DNA from: Candidatus Bathyarchaeia archaeon
GTDB taxonomy: Archaea > Thermoproteota > Bathyarchaeia > Bathyarchaeales > Bathycorpusculaceae
Length of the DNA: 64,000 bases
Reading direction: 5' to 3'
Assembly (NCBI GenBank): GCA_049515895.1
Contig: JBEKTQ010000009.1
Span: 1-64,000 of the forward strand
This document shows positions 9,755-21,034 of the stretch, piece by piece (position 1 is the stretch's first letter; every line of letters begins with the position of its first letter). A program made the position numbers and the translations under genes. The notes beneath the pieces were generated by a model. It was not told where the DNA came from. It saw only the letters and a list, made by a program, of their open reading frames with translations, and searched no databases.

Positions 9755-10612
9755 CTTAACGGGGCAGCCAATGAAGCTTTTTTGATGCGACATAGTAGTT
9801 GAGAGGAGCCTATAGCGCAATTTATAGTGCAAACTTTTTGCTCCCAGGCGTTTTGCTGGAGTTAAGTTTGAAGCCTTAGGTCAATTATTTCCTGCAACGT
9901 TGAATAGAAGTAGCAATTTGAGATTCTGAATTGGTTTTTACAACGCCATCAATACTGCAGATTAATTGAGTACTTAGACCATTGTTATGGTTTCGCGTGA
10001 GTAAGGAATAGTAAAGTAAGTTTAACTTGTAGGTTAAAAAAAACGTATCGCTACTCTTATTTTACCCTCTTTTGCCATTTAATACTAACTTTTCTTCGTG
10101 GTTCAGACCTGCTAAGTAACCATTTCAGTGGAGACCTTTTAAGAACTTATCCTGTTCCTCCTTTAAAACTCGTCTAGGAGGTTCCAGCCAACTAAAACGC
10201 TCAAAAACGTTCGAAGTCGCTTTATAGAATAATAGCCGCAGACATGGCTTATATCGGTGAAAGCGGTGGCAAACTGAGCGTAATCCCTTCAAAAGGGGAA
10301 ATTATGAGCTTCGTATGGGATGTGGCTCGCTATATTTACCGTGTGACAACCGTAGGTTATAAAAAAGGAGACCATAGAACGATTGAAGGTCGCCCAAGAT
10401 TGCTGGCAATCTTTGACAAGATTGACCTCAAATCCATAGAACAACTGTTTAGCACAGGAGAAAAACCAAGCGTTGTCGACGAGGTTATACTCTTGAAGAG
10501 AACTACTACCCCCGCTCCTGTAGCACCTCATTGGCAAAAAATAAGCAAAAAGTGCAGGGGGTTAGGTTTAAACATGCGTTTAAAACTGTCAAGTTACGGT
10601 ATGCTATCGGTT

Positions 10613-11434
10613 TTAATTGACCATGCGTGCGGAAAAATTCTGCGTAAGTTCCATTCCGAGATTCCAATTAAAATCAAAATATTTGTGAGCCAAGGCTATC
10701 AAAGATTTGTTGTTTGACCACAGCGTGTGGTCTTCAAAGACACTTTTGTCAGGATTTACGGCCATGAAAATTTCTTTTCCGTCGATAATTGAGAAAGCTA
10801 CACGATCAAATGGCGCTGCAACCCTTAAGCTAAAGTTTCTTCTCGAAATAAAGTTAACACTTCTTTTTAGGAGCTCATATTGATCGGCGTCTACCTTCTC
10901 AGTAATAACTTTCATGTCAACACCTCTTTCTACTGCGGCACCGTAAATGTTGATGTTATAAGAAAAAGCATTCACAAGTCTTTGAAATGGACAAAAAAAC
11001 TCGATGCTTTTCTTTGCATTGTTGTAAGATCGTTTTCCTCTGTTTTCCATCAAGTATTTTCTTGGGAGAATAAGAAATTCAGATTCCGGAGCTTCAATTA
11101 TTTCCATTTTTTCGGTTTTACGCATGATTTTTTGTGTTTCTGTCTTTAGCTTAAAAACTTCATCGCGCTTTCGATTATATAGTAATGAGACTCCCCTTGA
11201 CAAGGGCAGTGACCTGAATTGTGTTGGAACGCATATTTCCTTTTCAATCAAACCCATCTCTAACAGTTGGTCTAATATTCTATAAAGTTCCTGCCTGCCC
11301 ACGCCTGATTCTTTCCATAAGTCTTTTGCTTTAGCCCTTCCCAACTTGGCAGCATTAAAGTAAACTTTCGCTTGAGAAAATGTCAATCCTAACTCTTCTA
11401 GAATTTTGATGTCCTCGTTATAATCGAGCAACAC
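10613..11434 (-). CDS. TrmB-family transcriptional regulator
   Basis: LGLTFSQAKVY, VGRQELYRILDQLLEMGLIEK; C-terminal IIDGKEIF...LWSNN. Confidence 0.9.
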   Translation of the reverse strand: MLLDYNEDIKILEELGLTFSQAKVYFNAAKLGRAKAKDLWKESGVGRQELYRILDQLLEMGLIEKEICVPTQFRSLPLSRGVSLLYNRKRDEVFKLKTETQKIMRKTEKMEIIEAPESEFLILPRKYLMENRGKRSYNNAKKSIEFFCPFQRLVNAFSYNINIYGAAVERGVDMKVITEKVDADQYELLKRSVNFISRRNFSLRVAAPFDRVAFSIIDGKEIFMAVNPDKSVFEDHTLWSNNKSLIALAHKYFDFNWNLGMELTQNFSARMVN

Positions 11435-11629
11435 CTACCCCCCACACCTGCCCCCCAGTTGTATTATCGGCGCTTAGACTTATAAATTTAGTTTGTGTCG
11501 GCAGCTCATGGTACTACAACCGTATTGGTGTAGGTCTCTAGACAGACAACAGCATTTTATAAACAAAATTACCCATATTGCGAACCGTACACAGTAATGT
11601 GTATCATAATTAAAGGAAGAAAAAACAAA

Positions 11630-14600
11630 ATGAAAACGCTAAAAAACAAAATTGCAACGAGTTTAGCTAGTTTAGCTTTGATTCTCTGCTTGGTTTTAGC
11701 TACTTTCTTTTCGGTCGCTTCAGTCAATTCGGTTAACGCTGTTGCCGTAACTGCTACTGTAACTGTGGGCGCTACTCCTCTGGGCGTAGTTTACGATTCC
11801 AGCAAGGGCGAAGTGTTTGCATCTAACTCTGGGACTGGCTCGCTGTCGGTCATATCTGATACAACTAATGCTGTTGTTGCATCGGTAGGTGTGGGGTCTG
11901 CTCCTTTGGGCTTAGCGTATGATTCTGGTAAGGGCGAGATATGGGTATCCAATTCTCAGTCCAGCTTTGAAACGGTGGTATCGGACAGCACTAACACTGC
12001 GCTTACAACCGTAACCGTCACAACCGCCATTGCAGCCTACCCGTTGGGTGCATGTTACGATGGCACCAAGGGCGAGATCTATGTGGCTTGCGGTTTTAGC
12101 CAAAATGTGGCTGTTGTTTCGGACAGCACCAACACCGTCCTCACAACAATCGCACTAGCCAACCCATCATACCCCACGGCAGCGGCTTATGACTCTGCTA
12201 AGGGCGAAATATTCACAACCAATCAGCAGATAAACACTGTCTCAGTCATATCAGATAGCAGCAATACTGTGGTTGCAAACATAAACGTTGGAACTTCTCC
12301 TCAGAGCTTATGTTATGATCCTGCTAAGGGCGAGATATTCGTTGCCAACTTTGGTTCTAGCACCGTCTCGGTCATTTCGGACGCCACCAACACTGTTGTC
12401 GCAACCGTTAACGTGGGCACTGGACCTTCTGGTATGGCTTATGATTCTGGTCAAGGCGAGGTTTGGGTGACGAATCAGGGTTCTAACTCTGTGACGGTTA
12501 TTTCGGACGCTAATAACGCTGTTGTTGGTTCTGCTGGTGTTGGGCGTGCTCCGTCGGCTGTAGCTTATGATTCTGGTAAGAATGAGATTTTCGTCGCTAA
12601 TTCTGCTGACGGCACTGTCTCTGTTCTGTCGGATTCTGGTCCGTTTCCGTCTCCTACTGCGACGTTAGCTCCTGCCCCACCTATGTCAATTCCAACGTGG
12701 ATGGAGATACAAGTTTCACCTAACCCAGTTGGCGTCGGTCAACCAATATACATGCAAGCTTTTCTAGACAAACCTACCCCCACTGCTGGTGTAGGAGGTG
12801 TAGGAGATCTATATCATGGCTTAGCAATCAACATTACCGCTCCGGATGGAACAGTAACACACATGGGACCATACACAGCTGACGTTACAGGAGGAATCCC
12901 CTCACTAGAATTCACACCTACAAAAATTGGCAACTATTCTTTCCAGGCATTCTATCCAGGACAGATAATAATGACGGCTGGAGCATACTTTGGTGATCTA
13001 ATGGAACCCGCTAGCAGCTCTGTAGTCGTGGTTACCGTCCAACAAACACCAATATCCACGATTCAGAGTTCCCCACTTCCAACCGCATACTGGGATTTCC
13101 CAATCGAAGCAACGAACTACGGCTGGTCAGTCCTTGCGGGCGATTGGCTTGGAGGATCAACATATGACGCTACAAGCAACTTTAACCCCTACACAACTGC
13201 GCCAACCACTGCTCACATAATGTGGACAAAGCAAACTTCTGAAGGCGGTCAACCCGGCGGCCCGGCGCCAGGCGACGAGATGCACAACTTCATGACTACA
13301 TCAATCCTTGTCAGCTGTTGGGATGGCATAATCATGCAAGGCGTGCTCTATTACGAGGAATACAACAGTATGCGTAGTGTAACATCATGGAATGCCATAG
13401 ACTTAAGGACAGGACAATTACTATGGTCAAGAGCCCCAGGTATTGGGCCAGCTGCGGCAGGAACCCCAAGTGTTGCGGGTCAGACAACCGCAGAGACACT
13501 TTCGAGGGGTAGTGTATATTCGCAGCACTCAATGCAGGAATATGGCTCTACCTGCGTTTTGTTCTCCAGTACTGGAACCACCTGGAGAATATACTCAGCA
13601 TTTGATGGAACATACCTTGGAAACATTACCGGCGTAATCAATCCTAGCGTTATACGAGATGAAAACACCAATGACAACAACGTAGGTGAAATGTTAGGTT
13701 ACTTTATCAGCTCAGGCAATCTCACTTTGTGGAATGAAACCCTATGCTTTGCGGGCGGAATTACAACTGGCGCTGGACCCATGACGCTTAGACCACCAAC
13801 CACAGTCGCCTTTAGTGCAGGTGATCAATGGAACGTGACAGTTCCGACTACAATCAACGGTAACGCTATCAGCCCAGCATTAAGCATTGCCAAAGTGACA
13901 CAAGACGTAATACTTCTGCGCTCAGCACCGGTGCTTTCGACTCAATCATCTGTTGGCTGGGAAATTGACGCAGGAATGAACGCACGCACCGGAGCCCTAA
14001 TGTGGATAACAAACAATACAGTACCGTATCAACATTCGGTTGCGCTTGGTGCGGTCAACAACGATGTCTTCGTCTTGACTGACAAAGACGACCTTACAGC
14101 TTATGGATTCTCAATGCTGACTGGAAAGCCACTATGGGGACCAACATCATTCCCAGGTAGCGCTTTAACCCACCTTGCAATCCAATGTGACGCTGCCTAT
14201 AACCAGATTTACATATGGGACATTGGCGGCTACTGCAGCGCGATCAACCTCACTTCAGGAAAACTATCTTGGACCTACTATCCACCAAGCGCTGGGTATA
14301 ACACACCCTACGGTGTGTATCCAATCTGGACCCAAGGCTGCCAAGCTATCGGTGATGGAATGCTATTCCTTGGTGTGGGACGCTTGTATGATCCACCGCT
14401 GTTCGAGAACGCCACACGAATTGCTCTAAACTGCACTACAGGAAAAGCTGTCTGGGGAGTACTGGGTTTCGACAGCAAATCTGTTTCACCTGTCGGAGAC
14501 GGCTTCCTAGTAACATGGAACTGCTATGATGCAACTATAGACACTTTCGGTCAAGGTCCAAGCCAAATAACAGCATCAGTCCAAAACAACATAATATCAC

Positions 14601-15118
14601 TTGGCAACAGTATTCTGATAACTGGAAGAGTTCTCGATGTATCTCCAGGAACGCAGCAACCAGTGCAGAAGTATGACTTCCCAGATGGAGTTCCATGTGT
14701 ACCAGACTCAGAGATGAGCGATTGGATGGCACATGTTTACATGCAACAGCCAATGCCAGCAAACATGACGGGAGTTCCGGTCACAATAAGCGTTCTTGAC
14801 TCTAACGGCAATTACCGAAGCATCGGCACAACAACATCAGACGCAACCGACGGATTGTATCACTTGGAATGGACGCCTGACATCTCAGGTAGCTACGTAG
14901 TGTATGCAAACTATGGTGGCAGTGCATCCTACTGGCCGTCATCCACGGAAACCGCCTTCGTAGTCAACCCGGCAGGAGCAACAACAGCACCAACAGCAAC
15001 ACCACTCAACGGCTTAGCCTTAAATAACACACTCATGTACGGAATCGTAGCCATAATCATAGTGATAGTCATAATCGGCGCTATACTAGTAATGCTGATG
15101 TTAAGAAAAAGACCATAA
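11630..15118 (+). CDS. large cell-surface protein: YVTN beta-propeller fused to a PQQ-like propeller, Ig-like domains and a C-terminal TM anchor
   Basis: Signal peptide, 7 repeats VG..P.G.AYDS.KGEIFV.N.GS.TVSVISD, AIDLRTGQLLW-type motifs, terminal hydrophobic helix followed by RKRP. Confidence 0.88.
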   Translation: MKTLKNKIATSLASLALILCLVLATFFSVASVNSVNAVAVTATVTVGATPLGVVYDSSKGEVFASNSGTGSLSVISDTTNAVVASVGVGSAPLGLAYDSGKGEIWVSNSQSSFETVVSDSTNTALTTVTVTTAIAAYPLGACYDGTKGEIYVACGFSQNVAVVSDSTNTVLTTIALANPSYPTAAAYDSAKGEIFTTNQQINTVSVISDSSNTVVANINVGTSPQSLCYDPAKGEIFVANFGSSTVSVISDATNTVVATVNVGTGPSGMAYDSGQGEVWVTNQGSNSVTVISDANNAVVGSAGVGRAPSAVAYDSGKNEIFVANSADGTVSVLSDSGPFPSPTATLAPAPPMSIPTWMEIQVSPNPVGVGQPIYMQAFLDKPTPTAGVGGVGDLYHGLAINITAPDGTVTHMGPYTADVTGGIPSLEFTPTKIGNYSFQAFYPGQIIMTAGAYFGDLMEPASSSVVVVTVQQTPISTIQSSPLPTAYWDFPIEATNYGWSVLAGDWLGGSTYDATSNFNPYTTAPTTAHIMWTKQTSEGGQPGGPAPGDEMHNFMTTSILVSCWDGIIMQGVLYYEEYNSMRSVTSWNAIDLRTGQLLWSRAPGIGPAAAGTPSVAGQTTAETLSRGSVYSQHSMQEYGSTCVLFSSTGTTWRIYSAFDGTYLGNITGVINPSVIRDENTNDNNVGEMLGYFISSGNLTLWNETLCFAGGITTGAGPMTLRPPTTVAFSAGDQWNVTVPTTINGNAISPALSIAKVTQDVILLRSAPVLSTQSSVGWEIDAGMNARTGALMWITNNTVPYQHSVALGAVNNDVFVLTDKDDLTAYGFSMLTGKPLWGPTSFPGSALTHLAIQCDAAYNQIYIWDIGGYCSAINLTSGKLSWTYYPPSAGYNTPYGVYPIWTQGCQAIGDGMLFLGVGRLYDPPLFENATRIALNCTTGKAVWGVLGFDSKSVSPVGDGFLVTWNCYDATIDTFGQGPSQITASVQNNIISLGNSILITGRVLDVSPGTQQPVQKYDFPDGVPCVPDSEMSDWMAHVYMQQPMPANMTGVPVTISVLDSNGNYRSIGTTTSDATDGLYHLEWTPDISGSYVVYANYGGSASYWPSSTETAFVVNPAGATTAPTATPLNGLALNNTLMYGIVAIIIVIVIIGAILVMLMLRKRP

Positions 15119-15507
15119 GTTGCAATAGCCAGACAAAAACTACTTCCCCCTTTTTTAGTTTTAGAAACAATTGAGAAAAGATTAGGGCTGAGAAGACTCT
15201 GGTTAAAATTGAAATAGCTGCAGTCAAAGAATTTGCATTTTCTTTTTCTCAAGAATTTTCTTCCTTAATTCCAGAGCCTCAGCAAAACTCTTGCAAAACA
15301 ATTAAGTTAGTGAGAAATGGTTAATAATTTCTATTTAATTGTGGATACTCTCTATCACTAGTGTGATTTCGTATCGATTTGTTTTGTGCATATTGGCTAG
15401 CGCGCGCAAAAAATATGCAAATAAGCCCGTTGCACATGTAAAAAATTACAACTTTATAATTATATCGTAAAGCGATATACTTATACCCTGATAAAAACAT
15501 ATAGTTT

Positions 15508-15816
15508 TTGGTGTTAAAAATAGCACGAACAATTAGTGTAGATGATAAAACCTATAGCGAACTCGTTAGCATAACAGCTCAACTCATGCAAAAGGCGGGA
15601 GAGCAGCTTTCGCTTAGCGATACGGCTCGACTTTCTGTATTCTTGCTCAAGGGTTGCTATGTTAGTTATCCACAGCTTGAAGAAAAAATCTTGCAACTAA
15701 TTAATTTAGATGAATCGAATCCAAATATGAAATGGGAGACGATAAAGGGCATAACTCCCGAATTTTTCTCCAAAGATTTTCTGGACGTAGTTTTCGGTAT
15801 CAAGCAACATGGTTAG
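15508..15816 (+). CDS. hypothetical protein, RHH/antitoxin-like N-terminus
   Basis: ARTISVDDKTYSEL...LSLSDT pattern. Confidence 0.55.
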   Translation: MVLKIARTISVDDKTYSELVSITAQLMQKAGEQLSLSDTARLSVFLLKGCYVSYPQLEEKILQLINLDESNPNMKWETIKGITPEFFSKDFLDVVFGIKQHG

Positions 15817-15844
15817 GCTGTGAATAAAAGGAGACAGAACAAAA

Positions 15845-15988
15845 ATGACTAATGGAAAAACTAAAGTTGTGGTATGGAAATGCGGTGAGCATGGTGAAAC
15901 AGAGTTGATGGATACGCCAGATGATTCAAAGGCTTTCTGTCCACAATGTGGAAAGCAAATGACAAGAGAGGGAGAATATAGAGAATAA
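15845..15988 (+). CDS. small zinc-ribbon protein (47 aa, below the ORF-track cutoff)
   Basis: MTNGKTKVVVWKCGEHGETELMDTPDDSKAFCPQCGKQMTREGEYRE; GGAG upstream. Confidence 0.65.
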   Translation: MTNGKTKVVVWKCGEHGETELMDTPDDSKAFCPQCGKQMTREGEYRE

Positions 15989-16041
15989 GAGAACCTTGAA
16001 TGCATTGCAACCGTGAAAACTTCACAGGTGAATCTAAAAGA

Positions 16042-16380
16042 ATGTCAAAAGAAATATTGCCTAACCTTAAAGTGCCTTCTCAAAATATTAGCAAGTTAAT
16101 GGAAGATGCCCAACTAATGCTGGGTTTAAGTCAAGAAGAAGTAGCCCATCTCCTATCATTGTTAGAAAAAGCTGATTTTGGCATGTTGCATTTTTTTCGA
16201 GGAAACACAGATATATATTTTCGAAAGTTGCTTCCAGATGGAAAATGCAGTAAAATTACGATGCAGATGAGTTTTGAAGATGGCGATGGAAATCGGAGTA
16301 CTAATAGGTGTACTGTCCCTCGAACTTTTATTCGTTCAGCTGAAAGGAAAAGTTTGGGAAGTAATCCTGAACAGCATTAA
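16042..16380 (+). CDS. hypothetical protein
   Basis: ORF with AGGTGA SD-like sequence upstream of MSKE. Confidence 0.55.
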   Translation: MSKEILPNLKVPSQNISKLMEDAQLMLGLSQEEVAHLLSLLEKADFGMLHFFRGNTDIYFRKLLPDGKCSKITMQMSFEDGDGNRSTNRCTVPRTFIRSAERKSLGSNPEQH

Positions 16381-16439
16381 GTTCGTTTTACGCTCTATAT
16401 TAAATTTGAAAGTAGGATTAAATGGCACATAGGATTATC

Positions 16440-16949
16440 TCAACAGTCTAACAACTCTCGAGTAGGTACTCTTCCACGACCATTGCATTGAGTGCATTGT
16501 CTAAGACGGAATACTATTTCTCTAATCGTTTCGCCTACAATTTTCCTATCTGTCTTATATCCCACTCCTTTGCACTCAGGACAGAAAACAAATTCTTCAT
16601 TTTCTTCCGCTTTAAGCTGGTAAATATGGTTAATGGTATTTCGATATTTCTTAGCTAATTCTTCACTTATTATGGAACGTTCGCTCCATTTTCCATTGAG
16701 GTCATTAAGATTGTTAAAACCGCTTGCTTTGAGTAAATCAGTAGCTTTGTCCCAGTCATCCCCCTTGAGAAGCATAGAGTAATCAGGATATATTGCCACT
16801 ATTTTCCCCATTTCAGCTACGTTTTTCTCTACTTGACTCACAATTTCTGTTAACTCGCCAACTAACCCCTTTTTCTCTTTCCTTATGTTTTCCCTACGTT
16901 TCTTGTATTCTTCTTTCCATTCATTAAAATCCAAAAACTTTACCCTCAT
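16440..16949 (-). CDS. hypothetical protein with C-terminal DnaJ-type CxxCxGxG zinc finger
   Basis: CPECKGVG...CTQCNGRG. Confidence 0.7.
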   Translation of the reverse strand: MRVKFLDFNEWKEEYKKRRENIRKEKKGLVGELTEIVSQVEKNVAEMGKIVAIYPDYSMLLKGDDWDKATDLLKASGFNNLNDLNGKWSERSIISEELAKKYRNTINHIYQLKAEENEEFVFCPECKGVGYKTDRKIVGETIREIVFRLRQCTQCNGRGRVPTRELLDC

Positions 16950-17539
16950 GCATTATACAAACATGAAGTAACAGTTTAATACACTTTCCCATAAAGAAGC
17001 TACGGCGTACTCAGTTAGAAACAATATTTCTAAGCAACCTCTTCCCAGCGCGCGCGTGGGGCAAGCTTTGGTGCCATACTTTGCCTTGTTTGAAAAAAGC
17101 TTTTCCATCCCCTGCCACGGTTGAATGTGTTTGCCTTTGCTTGCTCTGCGATGGTTTACTCTTCGTTTTCTTTTCATTTTGTCAACAGCCCCCATTTCCA
17201 TTTTAACTATAGGCCTTGTTGATTGGCAAATTCCAACCAATTGCTCCTTTGCTTCTCTGTGCTTTTGCTCCTGTTCTTCGTGCTCGCGTCTTTCTAACTC
17301 TGGTTTTTCTAGTGCCGCGCTTTTTTCCGCCTGTGGGAAAACTCACTCCAACGACTTCATCGACATGACCGCCCTTCCCGAACTCCCGACTTGCAGGAAG
17401 TTTATCGGAAGCGGTTTATGTCCACGCCAGCTCATTTAAAATACACCTTCATTTTCATCTTTCTAACCCTCTTTGTCGCGCGCGCTGGCGTATGAAAATA
17501 AAGAGGATCTGCAGTGAAAATTGAATGCGCGCGCTAGTT

Positions 17540-19270
17540 TCAAGCGGTCTTGAACCTTGGCTTTAGATATTCAATTACTTCCTTACTACCTATTCTCTGA
17601 ATAATTAGACGATTTTGTTTTATCAAGTCTTCTATCATCCATTTAATATCCGACTCGGAATAGTCTTCCAATCTTTCTAAACGTCCATACTCTTGAATGT
17701 TTTTAACCGCTTCACTGAGAGTTAATTTGAGATTTTTTTCTTTAATGACTGCCAAAACGTCCTCTTCAAGTCCAGAAAATGTAATCGTGTATATGCCCAT
17801 CAGATTTGCAAGCTTTACTAGTTCTCTATCGTTCGTAAACAGAATTCCGTTATTTTTTTTAGCCGTATCCAAAATTATGCAATCTCTGAGATCTTCTATG
17901 TCTTTCTTGTCTGCCAAACTCACTGGAGAAAATTCACCATCCAGTTTGATCTCTTTAAGTAAACCCCAAGTTAGCATCTTGTTAAGACGCACTAATGCTT
18001 TTTGAACCTTAACTCCATTTGGGCTTCCCAGTCTTGTCTTAAGTTCATGCATAGCTGTTTTTGGAATTATCAAGAGTCGTTGACTTAGGTAAGCCTCAAA
18101 AAAAGAACCGAAAGGAGAGGTCAAGGGTAGGCGCGATATGTCTATTGCGCTTGTATCAAGAACAACTGGCATGTTTTTGTTAAATCGAGGGAAATTGAAA
18201 AATTCCAAGTTAATTGATGTTGCTTCATTAAAGCGAAAAATGATATCCGATTCTTTGTATATGTTACCGTAAAAAGTGAAAACCTGTTCGTTCATTATGT
18301 CTTTTGGTCCTCTTACTTCTAAGGCAATTGAAGGAATTGTGAATGGCATGAGAAAATCAAAATGCGTTAAATAGGGCTTGCAGGACATTAGGTAGGGTCT
18401 TAGGAGTTTTTCAATTGTCTCGTGAGAAACGCCTGTCTCAATAATTTCTTTGCTTGGAACGTAGCACTTAATTCTTAGGTTTTTTGTCGGAATTATAGGC
18501 GCTTCCGCAGAAATTGGTTTCTTAATAAGATATTCAGCGCAATTCCAAACTAATTCTTTATTTTTAAATTGGGCAAGCTCGTCAATAACCCACTTTAGCA
18601 TAAAAGGATTTGTTGTTATCAACTGTCCTTCACAAATCCTGCTTATAATTCCAAGGTCCAGTTCACTTATTCCAAAGGCAAACTCGATCGGTTTTTGGCA
18701 GAGTTGGTTGCTTACGTGTGTTCCTATGCCTAGAATGCAGTCAGCGTCTTCGTAGTAAGTTGTTAGACTGGCGGAAATGTCTCTTGTCAAATCTTTCAAT
18801 CTGTTCCTTAGGGCTGTTTTTAGTTTTGGTTTTATATTTGGTTCAGACTGAGGATAATTAAATACAAGGTCCTCAATCACTTCGCTTACCTTGGTATACA
18901 GGTGTGCAAACGTACTATCCGCTCTAACATCAAGTTCTGGATAAAGCTCCGTCAAAGGATCGGGCAACTTTGAACCCTGATTCTTTGGTTTCGTTAGACC
19001 AGGTTTGGTAAGAAATGTAAAGTGGTTTTCTATTAGGTTTTCAAACAATGCAAGAATTTTTTTTGCTTCTGTCTCGGGATTTATTTCTTCAAAATCTTTA
19101 CATACTTCATACCCATAAATGTCTTCTTTAACCGCGTCTGCTCTTATAGGTTCTCCAATTGAAATACCCAGTTCTTGCCTGTCTTTTTCTTTAAGGAATG
19201 CGCCATGTTCAAAATAAAAACTAAAAGCTACTTTCTTGCTTACTTCCTTCAAATAGACAACCCAGTTCAT
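17540..19270 (-). CDS. large protein with a C-terminal PIN ribonuclease domain
   Basis: VVLDTSAI, IIPKTAMHEL, DCIILDTA, ILFTNDREL: the acidic PIN catalytic set. Confidence 0.8.
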   Translation of the reverse strand: MNWVVYLKEVSKKVAFSFYFEHGAFLKEKDRQELGISIGEPIRADAVKEDIYGYEVCKDFEEINPETEAKKILALFENLIENHFTFLTKPGLTKPKNQGSKLPDPLTELYPELDVRADSTFAHLYTKVSEVIEDLVFNYPQSEPNIKPKLKTALRNRLKDLTRDISASLTTYYEDADCILGIGTHVSNQLCQKPIEFAFGISELDLGIISRICEGQLITTNPFMLKWVIDELAQFKNKELVWNCAEYLIKKPISAEAPIIPTKNLRIKCYVPSKEIIETGVSHETIEKLLRPYLMSCKPYLTHFDFLMPFTIPSIALEVRGPKDIMNEQVFTFYGNIYKESDIIFRFNEATSINLEFFNFPRFNKNMPVVLDTSAIDISRLPLTSPFGSFFEAYLSQRLLIIPKTAMHELKTRLGSPNGVKVQKALVRLNKMLTWGLLKEIKLDGEFSPVSLADKKDIEDLRDCIILDTAKKNNGILFTNDRELVKLANLMGIYTITFSGLEEDVLAVIKEKNLKLTLSEAVKNIQEYGRLERLEDYSESDIKWMIEDLIKQNRLIIQRIGSKEVIEYLKPRFKTA

Positions 19271-19661
19271 TTAATATGATGTTTAATAGATAATAAGGTG
19301 CGTGTTATTTTTATTTTTGTTGAGAGAGAGTTTTGCTGTAATTGTAACTGTATGTAATTGTAATTGTATTTGTTAGAGAGAGAGTAAGTGTAAGTAGAAA
19401 TAAGTTAGTCGCAGTTTGGGTTTGGGGGGTAAAATTTAGCGCGCTACTCGCTTCTGGCTCGGGTCAAATAATTAATAGTATACTAAAATTCCCGATTTTG
19501 TGTATTTTTGGAATCATCAAAAATCCTACTTCTAAAGGAGACATACATTTTTCCTCAATTAAAAAAAGGTGGAGAAACCTTATGGTGTTATCTTATGCAG
19601 ATTGTTTTATTCTATAGGCGGTAAGCAAAATCTCTTAATTGTTAAAATACCTCCTGCAAGG

Positions 19662-21005
19662 TCACTCTAATTCCTTAGGAACCTTCTCTAATGCATTTAG
19701 GATCTTGCCCGGGTAGAACTTTATCTCTTTGTACCTGTTTTGTCTATATTTAAAGTCCCGCTCATCTCTTTGCTCCAAATTCTGCATTATCGCTGTAAAC
19801 TCCTCAAATATTGGCTCTAAAATTTGCAGGAAATTGCGTCCTCTTTCCACTAACGATCCAAAGTCGATTATACCTGTTGTTGAGACATCGTACCAAACTT
19901 GTAGATGAACCGCAAACTCGGTAATTCTGACGACATATAAGCCTCGTTCCGCGACTGTTCGCTTGATTTCTCTTAAGACTTCTACCTCTATGCCTGCATT
20001 AGGTATTATCACGTAACCAACGTTGGCATTGAGTCCACGCATGTATTCGGCTACTTTTTTCACTTTTTCTTTGAGAGAAACTACCTCTTCCGTTGTAACT
20101 TCGTCAGCCACTATCTTTAATTTATGATTCGTGATGAGAACGTCAGGAACATACTGACCGACTTTTTCATTGAATTTTACTTCTCCGTTATTCGGCCAGA
20201 AAATAGTTGTAATTTTCCTTACGCTTTGTTCATGGACAGCTTGGGCATTTCTAGCTTCGCTTAGTTCCTCAAGTTGAACCTTTAATGGGTCTCTTTCAAG
20301 CTCCGTAACCTTATGCCTTAATTCTTCAATCTCACAGCGCATTTGAGTGTGTTCTCTTTCCTCAAGCACCTTAAACGCTCCTTCTAATTTGAAGATCATG
20401 TTACTTAACTGAGCAGCCGTTTGCTTGTAAACTTCCAAATTACGGTTTGTAATCTCCTTGAAAGCATTTGATGTACTCATATTCATTTGTGCAGCCGTCT
20501 GCTGAAGAGCATCTGTATTTCGACTAGTGATTTCTTTTAGTGCATTTATCGTCGATGCGCCCGTTTGCTTGTAGACTTCTACGTTGTGGTCAGTCATTTG
20601 CCTGAAAGCATCGGCAGTAGTTACGTTTATTTGCTTGGCTACTTCTGCACTCTGATTAGCAATTTCTCTAAAGGCACCTGAAGTAGTTGAGTTCATTTTG
20701 GCGTAGGTTTCTTTTAACAGCTCTATTGATTCCTGAAGTCTCTTAGAATACTCATCGTAAAGCCTCTCCCGCAGTTCTTTCGATTCAGAATCTTGCCTAT
20801 CCCTAATCTTTTCGATTTTCTCTTCTAATCCCCCAAGTTGCTTTGTTCGTTCTTCAAGCATTGACAATTGAGAAATAATAGCGTTTGAATCTTCTTTTTG
20901 CGAACTATTTGACGCGAATTTTTTAGTCTTTAACTTAAGATGCCTGAAGACAAGAATCGCGATGGCGGCTAGAACTAACAACAGCCAAAATAAGTCTAAA
21001 TTCAA
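19662..21005 (-). CDS. RmuC-like protein: TM anchor, coiled coil and PD-(D/E)XK-like domain
   Basis: N-terminal TM, ~22-aa helical repeats, YVPDVLI...IVADEV. Confidence 0.65.
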   Translation of the reverse strand: MNLDLFWLLLVLAAIAILVFRHLKLKTKKFASNSSQKEDSNAIISQLSMLEERTKQLGGLEEKIEKIRDRQDSESKELRERLYDEYSKRLQESIELLKETYAKMNSTTSGAFREIANQSAEVAKQINVTTADAFRQMTDHNVEVYKQTGASTINALKEITSRNTDALQQTAAQMNMSTSNAFKEITNRNLEVYKQTAAQLSNMIFKLEGAFKVLEEREHTQMRCEIEELRHKVTELERDPLKVQLEELSEARNAQAVHEQSVRKITTIFWPNNGEVKFNEKVGQYVPDVLITNHKLKIVADEVTTEEVVSLKEKVKKVAEYMRGLNANVGYVIIPNAGIEVEVLREIKRTVAERGLYVVRITEFAVHLQVWYDVSTTGIIDFGSLVERGRNFLQILEPIFEEFTAIMQNLEQRDERDFKYRQNRYKEIKFYPGKILNALEKVPKELE

Positions 21006-21034
21006 AATTGTTCACCTTTTCTTCTCATAGCACG

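Noticed and set aside
10244-10717. 157-aa ORF
   Set aside because: Overlaps the TrmB 3' end by about 100 bp and matches no family I recognise; possibly a gene fragment.
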